Assembly (NCBI GenBank): GCA_001724265.1
Contig: MEDY01000348.1
Location: 1-32,049, forward strand
Origin: Rhizaria sp. SCN 62-66
Taxonomy: Eukaryota
Length of the DNA: 32,049 nt
Direction of reading: 5' to 3'
Below are positions 1 to 10,500 of this stretch, in pieces. Numbering within the stretch: the first letter of the stretch is position 1; each line of letters begins with the position of its first letter. Below the pieces are notes generated by a model, which saw only the letters and a program-made list of their open reading frames with translations, searched no databases and was not told where the DNA came from. A program made the translations under genes and the position numbers.

Positions 1-2
1 CC

Positions 3-235
3 CCCACCCCGGTCCCCACCCCGCCTACCACGCCTAGTACGCCCACCACTCCCACCACGCCTACTACACCCACCACCCCCACCACCCCCACGACGCCCAC
101 GACGCCCACGACCCCCACGACGCCTACTACGCCTACTACGCCTACTACGCCTACCACTCCCACCACGCCTAGTACGCCCACCACCCCCACGACGCCGGCC
201 ACCCCCGTGACTCCCGTCACGCCCGCGCCCGTGCC
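3..235 (+). repeat. Coding 9-bp minisatellite (ccN acN acN) encoding Pro-Thr-Thr repeats
   Basis: Directly visible tandem units such as cct act acg and ccc acc acc; the block accacgcctagtacgcccaccac occurs at about 27-49 and 163-185. Confidence 0.9.
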
Positions 236-1427
236 GACCAAGCCCACGGGCATGTTCAACGCGACAGTGGATCGCACTGTCAACACCTCTGGCTGCTCCG
301 TCAACAACAAGTCCGACACGATCCCCGCCTCCGAGGCCGTGCACAAGCTCAAGCTCAACGGCACCTTCGTCGAGTCGTTCGCGCCTGTCATGGCGCCCGT
401 GCCGACCCCGGAGGCCGGCCGCCCGATGCCGCCCGTGCCCGCCAACGCCACCTGGGTCGGCCACATCTCCAAGGGCCCCGCGCGCCCCGTCCCGGCGCCT
501 TACAACCTCGAGGTCGAGTTCGCCACCCCGGCCGGCTCCACCTCGGCCATCGTCAAGCTCGACTTCGACCGTGGCGCGATGGACCCCGCGGCGTACTGGG
601 AGAACCCCGGCCAGTGGCGCTACTTCCTCGCGTCGCAGATGGCGCTCGCGCTCGGCGTGGACAAGCGCCGCATCGACATCGTCTCGATCGACCCCATCAA
701 CTTCACCACCGTGATCCGCTTCAAGCAGCTTTTCGCGGATGAGGCCGCGACAGGCCGTGGCGTGCATGCCGAGTACCTCGCCAAGCTCTTCAGCAACCTC
801 ATCTACGGCAAGAGGCTCGACAAGTTCGCCCTGCTGGCTGCCATCGACGTCAACAAGCCCGTGCAGATCGACGTGCAGCAGGTCATGGCCCCCGCGACGG
901 TGCCGCGTCTCATCGCGCAGCTCAAGATCGCCGCCGACGTGCCCAAGCTTGTCGGCGCGCCGGGCGGCCTCGCGGGTTACGCGCAGACTCTCATGCAGGA
1001 GCTCGTCGGCCTCTCGGGCGTCTCGAACGAGCAGATCCAGCTCGTCTCGCTTGAGCCCTGGCTCGGCGTGTCGGTCACCGAGGTGCTCGCGCGCGTCCGC
1101 TTCCTCGGCAAGAGCAACACGTACGCTGACGAGACGGTCAACCCGCTGACGGCGATCATGCGCGTCAAGCGCGCGATGGAGAAGCCTGACTCGCCGCTGT
1201 ACAAGCTGCCCGTGCTCAAGGGCGTCGACGCCACGTTCCCGATCCAGCGCGATCCATCCGAGGGCCGCGGCCCCGCCAAGCCGTGGTTCAACGACACGCG
1301 CTACTTCAAGGTGCCGCAGTTCCTCAACACGCCGCCCGTGATGAACACGCGCCCCATCATCATCCCCACGCTGCTCGTCGCGTCGCCCGTCAACCAGACC
1401 TACACGCGCATCCCCAAGCGCCTCTAA
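3..1427 (+). CDS. 5'-truncated mucin-like (Pro/Thr-rich) extracellular glycoprotein with two tandem SEA/ferredoxin-like repeats
   Basis: The frame of ORF 207..1427 is open back to position 3 (PTPVPTPPTTPSTPTTP...), so the GTG at 207 is not the real start. Strong GC3 bias, TAA stop at 1425-1427 then an abrupt AT-rich 3' region. Many N-x-S/T sequons (NAT, NTS, NKS, NGT, NFT, NDT, NQT). Two similar segments: LASQMALALGVDKRRIDIVSIDP...IRF...AIDVNKPVQI and LMQELVGLSGVSNEQIQLVSLEP...VRF...GVDATFPIQ. Confidence 0.8.
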   Translation, partial: PTPVPTPPTTPSTPTTPTTPTTPTTPTTPTTPTTPTTPTTPTTPTTPTTPTTPTTPSTPTTPTTPATPVTPVTPAPVPTKPTGMFNATVDRTVNTSGCSVNNKSDTIPASEAVHKLKLNGTFVESFAPVMAPVPTPEAGRPMPPVPANATWVGHISKGPARPVPAPYNLEVEFATPAGSTSAIVKLDFDRGAMDPAAYWENPGQWRYFLASQMALALGVDKRRIDIVSIDPINFTTVIRFKQLFADEAATGRGVHAEYLAKLFSNLIYGKRLDKFALLAAIDVNKPVQIDVQQVMAPATVPRLIAQLKIAADVPKLVGAPGGLAGYAQTLMQELVGLSGVSNEQIQLVSLEPWLGVSVTEVLARVRFLGKSNTYADETVNPLTAIMRVKRAMEKPDSPLYKLPVLKGVDATFPIQRDPSEGRGPAKPWFNDTRYFKVPQFLNTPPVMNTRPIIIPTLLVASPVNQTYTRIPKRL

Positions 1428-2170
1428 GCCACGATAAGCTTCTGATGTTGATTTGCTTGTGCTGTGTGTTTGAAACAGAGAGAAAGGAGGAGGTAGAGGA
1501 ATGAGGGAAAGATAGTAGGTCTTTCTCCATAGATTGTTTGATTGAAACAAATACAGTTCAATTTTATATACATACGCATGTGGTCTATCCTATGATATGC
1601 TTTTATTTCTATTGTGACAATGTTTATGTGTGCTTTGTTGATGTTTTGTGACTATAACCACAAGTGATTTTATGGTGTCGAGCTCAGACAGGCACGTCGC
1701 TGCTCATGCCAGCGAGAGGCTAGTTCGATTTCCAGAAAGTAGTTTACGCGAGTAAAATTGAGCACTGAACCAGTTTTTCGATGAAGATCCGCATAAAGCA
1801 CGGCTGTTAGCACATCAACACTTTAAAGAATTGATGCCTGCCGCAAGCTGAACGCGGTGTTCTGACTGCAAGTTGACAGATTTGTGAACGGCTTTGAACC
1901 CTTCGCCTTGTCTCCCACGTATCATGAACACGATTGCGTCGTCTCTGCCTCCATCGCTACATCTCTTGCACGATACTCCACAAGCACCACTTCTCCACCC
2001 ACCGTACCATCCGCACACGCTCTGTCGCATTAGAACATCAACACAAAACCATCCGTTTGTTGCCTGCTGTCTCGACACTCTCAACGACTCTCAACACAAC
2101 ACCCGCCTCCAACGCAAACAAACATCCCTCCCATCGTTCCTCTTTTCTCCACAGCTTTCCCTTCCGCACC

Positions 2171-4096
2171 ATGTGGTCCTCGTTCAAGGAGTCCGTCAAG
2201 GCCAACATGACGACCTTCGTCGACAGCACGACGAACATGTACAACCGTCTCTCTTCGTACCCCGATGAAGTCAAGTGCCCCAACTTCGAGCGCTGCAAGA
2301 CCGTCATCCCCGTCCCCGCCACTGCGTTCTACTGGACCTGCCTCGCACGCCACAGCAACCCGCCGACGGAGAACACGTGCACGGCGCCCGGCTGCCCCCA
2401 CCCGCGCACGGCGATCAACCCCTACGTCGAGTGCCCTACGTGCCACGTCTCCGTCTCCGTCCCCACCACGACCATCGCGCGCAACCTCCAGGAGGGCTTC
2501 CGCGAGGCCCCCAGCGCGATTAAGTCTGCTGCCGTGCGCGCGGGCGAGGAGATCTCTTCCCTGGGCCACACCCCGCGCGTCTTCCCCTGCGGCTTCTGCT
2601 CTGCGCAGCTCACCACGCCCATGGGGCCCTGGGTCTGCGCGCTTCACGGCTGTAACACCGCCAACTCGGCCGGCGCCTCCACATGCTCCAAGTGCTCCGG
2701 CAACCGCTACGCCGCGGGCGTGTGCTGCGGCGTGTGTTCGCGCGTCACTCCCGTGCCGTCGACCCGCTTCAGCGCCGGGCTCACCTCGACCGTGGGCTCC
2801 GCCATCACAGGCACCGTGAAGACCGTCAACTACATCAGCGGCACGCCCTACGTCAACTGCCGCACCTGCCAGGCCGTCTGTACGTCAACAGTTCTTCAGC
2901 AACAAATCTACTGGAGATGCTATCTTAACTGTCATCTGTTGACATACGTTTGTACCCTCTCACAACATTCTGTTTCTGCTACCTTTTCTTGCTTTTTCAG
3001 ACTACCCGTGCACCGGTGAGCTGCGCACCCTCAATGCGCCCCTGAACGTCGTCGCCTCCGCGGACGACGCCTCCAAGGAGGACAAGGACGCCGCGGCCGC
3101 CGCCGGCGAGGCCGCTGGCGAGGCCCCCGCCCCTGCCGCGGTCGAAGGCGGCGCGCCCGCGCCCACCATTAACGCCATGTGCACCAATTGCGCGCGCCCC
3201 TTTGCGTACGGGCTGAGCGACATCGTGACGCGCGTCAACAGCTCGTCGATCCAGCCCCGCTCGCAGGCTGAGCGTACGTCTCCCACGTGGTGATAATGTC
3301 ATTGCATGATGCGTTGTGTGCGCAATGGCACGAGTTGTGTTTGCATTATTGCACTTTGCTTGTTTTGTTGCAGCTTGAAGTGAAGTTTGAGTATCTTTAA
3401 CACATTTATGAAGATATTCTGCCAGGCACACTCATTACAGTTTCGTTTCTATCTTTTTTTTTTTTTGTTGTTGTCTGTTTGCGTCGTTCACAGAGCAAGC
3501 TCTCCAGGCCGAGGAGGCTGCTCGTGCCGCTGCTGCCGCCGCCGCCGTCCCTCCCCCCGGCGTCACCGAGTCCAACTGCCGCGTTTGCGCCGTTGTCGTT
3601 GACTCGAAGCTGAAGAAGATTATCTGCGGCGCCTGCGGCCACGCGTTCTGCCGCACGCACGCCCCCTACACCCGCCATGGCGTACGTTACAGCGAACACA
3701 TGGACTTCACATATTACCAAAGCCAACATTCCTAGCTTTTACAGAGTTTTTTTTTTTGCATCATTATTTCGTGTCGTCTCCTTATCTTCGGCTATAATTC
3801 CAATGTCTTGTTGCTTGGTTGATCTTCCACAGGCCCCACACTGCCTCGAGTGCGCGTCGCGCGCCGACGCCATGCGCATCCCCGCCGCCGGCGCCGTCCC
3901 CACGGCCGCTGCCCCCGCCGCCGCGCGCTACGCCGCCCCCGGCGACGTCGAGGGCCAGCCCCAGGTCGCCGCGGCCCCCGCTCCCGCTGCTGATGCCGCT
4001 GCCCCTGCTGAGGCTGCGGCGGCACCGGCTGCGGCCGCGGCTCCTGCCTCTGCCCCGTCTCCCAACGCGCATGATGGCATCGAGCTTGACCTCTAA
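2171..4096 (+). CDS. Spliced multi-zinc-finger protein, 477 aa; exons 2171-2879, 3001-3273, 3494-3681, 3833-4096; RanBP2-like fingers and a C-terminal FYVE-like finger
   Basis: ATG at 2171. Joining four GC-rich exons across three GTACGT...CAG introns (phases 1,1,0) gives one uninterrupted frame of 1434 nt ending TAA at 4094-4096. Motifs: WTCLARHSNPPTENTCTAPGC and WVCALHGCNTANSAGASTCSKC (RanBP2-like), and CRVC...KKIICGACGHAFCRTH...HCLEC (FYVE-like, completed only after splicing exon 3 to exon 4). Confidence 0.85.
2880..3000 (+). other. Spliceosomal intron 1 (121 nt)
   Basis: Starts GTACGT, AT-rich, ends in pyrimidine tract ...gctttttCAG; removal preserves the frame. Confidence 0.88.
3274..3493 (+). 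other. Spliceosomal intron 2 (220 nt)
   Basis: Starts GTACGT, T-rich, ends ...gttcaCAG; removal preserves the frame. Confidence 0.85.
3682..3832 (+). other. Spliceosomal intron 3 (151 nt)
   Basis: Starts GTACGT, ends ...cttccaCAG; removal joins the two halves of the FYVE-like finger. Confidence 0.88.
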
Positions 4097-4546
4097 GCGC
4101 GCTGCTCTAACACAATGCTGATGCGGCTTTACTTTCACCAAGTGAGCCGCGTTTCCCTTGTTCCCGTTCTTGTTTCAGTAGATCCCTTTGATAACAATCA
4201 ATCACAACACATATTATTATTTTGCAAAAACTAACGCATTGTTTAATGCTAATTACAGTGTTTTTCTTTGTTGAACAGTGGTTCAACTCACACAACACAG
4301 TCTTATGTCCAACTAATACATCTGTACCACTTCACGTTTCAATTCCATGAATATGACTCATAGTATCACCAACGACGCGTTGTGAAAGCAGTATACGTAT
4401 TAAGCATTAGAAATGTATTACTGACTATAGATACGTGCGTATGTAAACAATGAAACTCATTGAAATGAGTTTATCTCATTCACTGTGTAGCAAAACTAGT
4501 TTGGGAACCGTTTACATTGGAACTTTGTGAACTTTGTGATGCGAAC

Positions 4547-7500
4547 TTAGTGATCGTTGCCACTGTTTTCCGCGTCACCACCGTCGTCATCGCTGCTCGT
4601 GTCGTCCGCGGCGTTCTCGCCGCCAAACTTCACCTGCAGCTGCGCCAGCAGCGCGTCGTCGTCGTCGTCGTCACTGCCACTGACATCGCCGCTGTTCTCG
4701 ACGTCGCTGTCGCCGCCGCCAGCGCCGATGTCGAGCAGCCCGCCGTCGTCATCGTCGTCGTTTTCGTTGACGCCAATCGCCAGACCGGCGACGCTCAGCG
4801 GGAGCGGTAGCGGCAGGGGAATCGGGACGGGCGACGGCGATGGCGAGACTGACGCTGCGGCGAAATCGGTGTTGACCGTGATTGCGGGGAGAGACGAGGC
4901 CGTGGGGGCTGCAGTAGAGGGGGTGACGGTGAGCGTGTCAAAGTCGCCGTCCAACGCGCCTCCAGTCGGCGGGGAAAGCCCTGCAGCGACGCCAACAGTC
5001 GCAGTCGACGCACTCGCTCTCGCAGTAGTGACGGCAGCTGTGGCGAGAGCGAGCGCCGGCGCGACCGTAAGCGGAGCATCGTCGTCGTAATCGTCGGCGT
5101 CGTTGTCCTCGCGCACGCTCAGACCGACGCCCGCAGCGTTCGCAGAGAGAGAGACAGCGGCGGTGTTGCTTGCGATCAGCGACGGCGATGCACTCGTCCC
5201 GGCCCCAGTCGCCACACCGTAGCTTATGCTGTTCGTATTGGTGTTCGCGCTGCCGGTGCCCGCGCCGATGCTGCCCGGAGCGGTGCCGAACATGGACAGA
5301 GTGCGCCGCACGCGGCCCGCGCCCTGCGGCGTCGGTGGCAGCCCCGCAGCGGCCGACGTGGCGGCGGTGACGGGCGACGCGGCGACGGAGCCCGCGGCCA
5401 ATCCCACGCCAGAGCTGCTAGCAGGCGGCGAGTGCGCGCCGCCGCCGAGGGTGAAGATAGACTGCGCGGCGCGGCTCGGCGTTGTCGGCGGCACGGTTAC
5501 TGGCACTGGACCTGGCACGGGGACAGAGCCCGGGGCAGACCCGGGCTCTGCCACGTGCGCGATGCTGTTCGCGACAGCTGTCCCGGGCAGCGGCAGCGGT
5601 GGCGACTGCGATGAGAGCGAAAACGCCGTTGCCGTCGCAGTCGGCACCAAGCCTGACGCCAGAGTGAACGAGCCCGGCCCCGCCATGGTCCCGCCTGGCA
5701 CGCTGTTGCTGTTGCTCATCCCTTGCGCGCCCGGATAGAGAGGAACAGGAGCCTGCGTGGGCAGCGGCACGGCGGGCGCGAGCGCGGGCGACGCGGCGAG
5801 GAACGAGAACGTCGGCGTGCCGGGGGTCGCCCCCATCAACAAGCCGGCGTTGGCGCCGGACGCGCTGCTGGGGTAGCCGAAGTACGCGTTGCCGCCACCG
5901 CTGCCGCTGCTAATACTGCCGACGGGAGGCTGGCCGGCGTTGCGGTGGCGCAGAGAGCCTGTGGAAGGCAGCGGCGGCTGCTGCATCTGTCCCTGCTGCT
6001 GTGCGGCGAGCGAGAGCGAGAAGGAGCCAGCGCGCGACAGCGACATCGCTGACGGGGCAAACCGTAAGGACTGCGACGCCGCGGCTGACAAAGCAGGCGA
6101 CGCAAGGCCCCTGCGCCCGCTCACACTGCCGCCGGCGGCCGCTGCTGCGGCGGCGGTGGCGTAGCGGGCGGTGAGCGTGTGCCAGCTGAACGCGTACGCC
6201 GACAGGCTCTGCGCGAGGAACGACTGCGCCGTCGTCGTTACTGGCGACACGACAGTGGCAGTCGCGCTCGCAGCGGCGGACGCTGCTCCGGGGCCTGGTG
6301 ACTGCGACGGCGAAGGCGACGGAGACTGTCCTTGCTTCCGCGTTGCAGTCGGCGACTGAGGCACCGCCGCTGCTGCTGGCGTCGTTTGCGCTGACATCGA
6401 CAGCGGCAGCGGGTGCAACAAACTGGCACCAACAGCACCAACGCCCGTGCGCGCAGCCTTCGCAAGCGCGTACGCGTCTTTGCCTTTGCCCGTACTCGGC
6501 AGCTCAAATGCGCCGGGCCGCAGCCGCGCCAGGTGCGTCACAGCGGCGTGGTACATCGTGAAGCAGAATCCGCCCTCGCCGAAGCCGCGCAGCGAGGGGT
6601 CAACGACACGCTCGAGGTGGCGCAGGTGGCTCAGCGGCCACTGCAGCTGCGCGCGCGAGAGCACCCACAGCAGCGCGGGAAACAGGACGTCGGCGTTGAT
6701 GGCGACGGCGCCGCCGCGGACGGCGATGGGGGGCCGCGCCAGGGCGGTGGGCGTGAGCTGCACGAACTTGCGGACCCACTTGGGAGCAGCAGGAGTGACT
6801 TCGTTGCTGTTACTGGTATTCTTCGCAGTAACGCTCGCATCACCGTCACCGTCTTGTTGCTCGCCGTCCTTGTTGTCACCGCTATCGTTGGAGTTAGATT
6901 CAGACAGATTGTAGCGCACACGGAGCCGCTTTTGCTCTGCGCTGACCCACTCCGCCAGCAACTCGTCGCACTCACCAGCACTCAGAACGCTCGCGCCCGT
7001 GAGGCCAGTCGTACGACTGCGGAGCGCGAGCGACAGACCAGACGTCGCACTTTCACCAGTGTCAGAGTTGGCGGCTTCTTTGCTCTTGCGAGCAATCCGC
7101 GCCGCTTTCAGCGCCTCCCACGCGCTCACACAATGCGCGCCAGCACTCCCACTTGCGCCGACCGCGCTCGAGTTCGAGCTGGTCACAGCATTGCTGTTGC
7201 TGTTGCTATCCTTGTCCGCGGCCATCGCGCTGCTGGCGTATGTAAGGGCCTCAAGCGCAAGTAAGTACCCCGCAGCCCTCTTCCTTGCGGCCGCGTACGC
7301 TTCCGCCTCCGCGGTCAGCAGACGGAAGCTCACGGTGATCCACTGCAGCGCGTCGTATCCCGCCCAGCCGGGCGCCGCGGACAGCCGCGCCAGCGCCGCG
7401 GTCGCGCCCGGAAACGGGTCCGCGGCCGCGGAGGCCAGCCGCAGCAGCGGGGCGAAGTGGGCCAGGAAGGCGAGCTCGCGCGGGGTCAGCGGCAAGATGT

Positions 7501-10500
7501 CAGCGTCGACGCCCATGTCGACGAGGGACAGCGCGCGCAGCCAGCCCGTGTGCGCGGCCCACGACAAGTCGCCCGCGGGCGGGGAGCCAGCCGGGAAAGG
7601 CGGCGGCGGGTCGCGTTGCAGCGGCAGCGCGACGACAAGAGCGCTCGAGCCCGAGCCAGGCCCCGCGCTGCTGAACGCCAATGAGAGCGGCGTGAAGGCC
7701 GGCGAGGGCGCGGCAGACGGGCCCAGCGACGGCGACGCCGCGACGCCGCCCGCAGCTGCCCCCGGGAGCTTCACCGGGTCTGCTGCTACGGCGGCGACGG
7801 CGGCGTCGTCCGCGGCGGCCGCGAGCGGGCACAGCGGGTGCACCAGCCGGCCCAGCAGCAGCGTCAGCGCCGCACGGTGCGCGCCCGCGGGGACCTTGTA
7901 CTTGCGCACGAGCGTCTCTTCCATCCGGCGCAGCAGGCGGGCGGACACGCGGGCGGCGCGCGCGGCGGCGGCGCTGGCGGCGCTCTCGCCGCTGCTCGCG
8001 ACAAAGCAGCCCGCGCTCGAGATGGCTTGCACCACCGGCGTCGACGCAGCGCTACTGCTGCCGCCGCCGTTCGCGCTCGCGCTCGCACTTGCGGTGGCGG
8101 CGGCGCTGGCGTTGGCGAGCGTGTCCGTGGCAGAGATGAGCGCGGGGTCGTCGGCCAGCCACAGCAGCAGCAACTGGCCGGCGTCAGCGACGCGCGCGTC
8201 GAGCATCAGCGCCGCGAACTCGGCCTGCAGCGCGCCCGCGGGGTCGGGGAAGAAGGGAAACGATGGCGGAAACGCGTACGCCATGCCAGCGGTAACCGAC
8301 GGCGGGGGCGTAAAGAAGCCGGGCTGGGCCGATGCCTGTGCGGGCGCGGCCGCGGCGGCCGCGGCGGCGTTGCGCGTGCGCGCTGTGCCGACGTCGACAT
8401 CCAGCGCATCGTCCACACCACCTGCGTCACCACCAGACGCCGCTGCGGCTGCGGCGGCTGCGGCAGCCGCGTCAGCCTCGGCATCGGCGGCGTGCGCCGG
8501 GTGCGTCGCCGCGTGCCGCTGCATCGTGCGCACGCAGCGGTCCAGCAGACTTGCCAGGCGCGCGCCGACCTGCGCAGGCGTGACTTCGGCCGCGGCGGGC
8601 CCCCAAGGGGCAAAGTTGCCAGCGGCGGCCGCCGTCGCGGTCGCGATGGCTGCGGCGGGGGCGACCGAGGACGCGGACAGGCTTCCCCGGCCGGCAGAAG
8701 CAAGAACACTGTTGCTGTTGCTGTTGGCGAGGTTGATGTTGTCATCGTCAAGAGTGCCGACGACAGGTGCGCCCTGCAAGACGCCACCGCTGGCGCCGTT
8801 GCCATTGCTGAGTGACAGCGGGGGCGCAGCTGCGGAGGAGCGCCGCCGCGTCGCAAACGCGGACGCAAACCACGAGTCGCGCCTCTGCGGCAGAGGCGGG
8901 CCCACTTCACTACCGGCCGTCGACGTGTTATTCGACGCCGTCACCGTTGTGTTGCTCGGGTTAGCGGCGTTGGTTGCGTCTAGAAAGGCCCGAGCAAGCG
9001 CAGCCTGCTGCCACGCGCGCCCCTGCCTCGCCGCCGCGGCGAAGACGACTCGCGGCACCGTGGCGAGCTGCGGGAGCGCGGGCGGCGCGGGCGGGGCGGG
9101 GAGGTGCCACGCCGCAAACCCAGTCTGCAGCGCGTACTTACACAGTGTAAGGGCCTCAGCGTGCGCTCGCTGTGCGCTGGAGATCGCGGCGGCAAGCGTG
9201 GCGAGCTGCGGCCGCAGCGGCTGCCAGAAGGCCGCAGCGCGGGCCTCTGCAGTGCTCAACCCCCGCGCATCAGCGCCCGCAGTCGCCGTCGTCGCTGCCA
9301 GCGCGAAGATCGCAGACGGCGACGCAGTGGTGAGGGCGGCGCGTGAGGACGCGCCGCGGGCCAGCGCGGCGGACACAGGCAGCAGCAGCGCGCCGCCCGC
9401 AACCGAGACGGCCGGGCCCACGGCGCCCAGGGGCGCTGAGGCCATGGCGGCGACGTTTGCTGTCGGGAGATGCGGGCTGGGGCTGGGACTGGAGAGGCCA
9501 AACGTCGTGGCCGCAGTTGCAACGGGAGTCGTCGCGTCAGCACTGCTGCCGCCGCCGCTGCTCACCGTCACGGTGGAAGAAGCCCAGACTGTGGCGCCGG
9601 TCAGTGGCACTGGCAGGTTCGACTGAGACTGCGACACGGAGGCCAGTGCGTCTGCCCATGCTTGTGAGAGGCCGCGGAGAAGGAGATCTAAGTATTCGCG
9701 GTCTAAGTAGCCCTTGTCCAGCTGGTCAATTTGCACGGTATCAGCCTTCGCTTCGCTGCTATCAGCAGACGCATTCGTCGTTGCGTTCTTGTCGATATTA
9801 TCCGCATTGTTACTGCTGCTGCTGCTGTTGCTGCTGCTGTTGCTGTCGGAGTCCTCATAGGGGCGACAGGGCAGACGCGCAGCGGGCGGCAGGAGCGCCA
9901 CCCAGGTCACGAACGGGTCCAGCGCGGGCGGGACTGCAACGGTCAGCACCAACCCCGCATCGGCGCACGCCACAGTGCCGGGCGCAGGGATCGATGCAGA
10001 GCTTGACGGCGCCGCACTGTTTGCGTTCATGTTATTGTTCGCTTCAGCATCGCCAGCGCTGCTCGGCTGCGTCCTGTCAGCGCTGGTGCTCACGCCCAGC
10101 GTGGTCATCGTCTCGCCAGCACCGCCCAGGTTGGCGCTATTGGCAATCACACCGCTGCTGCTGCTGCAGCTGCTGGCCGTCGCAGCGGTCGCCAACGCGG
10201 CGGCCTCGTGCGCGAGCAGGAACCCGACTGCCGCGGCGTACCCGCGCACCGCTCGCGCGAGCACGCGCGCGCAGCGGGCGCGCGCAGTCAGCAGCTGCAG
10301 CCGCGTGTGCGTGGCGTAGGCGTAGGCCACGGCCGCGGGCGGGTGCGCCAGCAGCGCCGCCGCCGCGGGGGACGCGCTGGGGTCGGCAGCGGGCGCCGCC
10401 GCTGTCGAGAGCGCGGAGGCGAGGAGCGACTGAGTCGACGGCGCGTGAGAGGCGGGGATGCCTTGAAAGACCTGCGCCAGCAGCAGCTCGAGGGGCGGAA

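Noticed and set aside
1-235. CRISPR array or telomeric repeat
   Set aside because: The repeat is 9-bp periodic with third-position variation, i.e. protein coding, and has no spacers.
1934-2170. 5' extension of ORF 1934..3019 from a TTG start, and its 3' run into 2880-3019
   Set aside because: Eukaryotic gene; codon bias starts at ATG 2171 and the 3' part is intron 1.
6999-9626. 875-aa plus-strand ORF and the many other overlapping or antisense ORFs in the large genes
   Set aside because: Shadow frames expected from high-GC, Ala-rich coding sequence; no independent domain signal.
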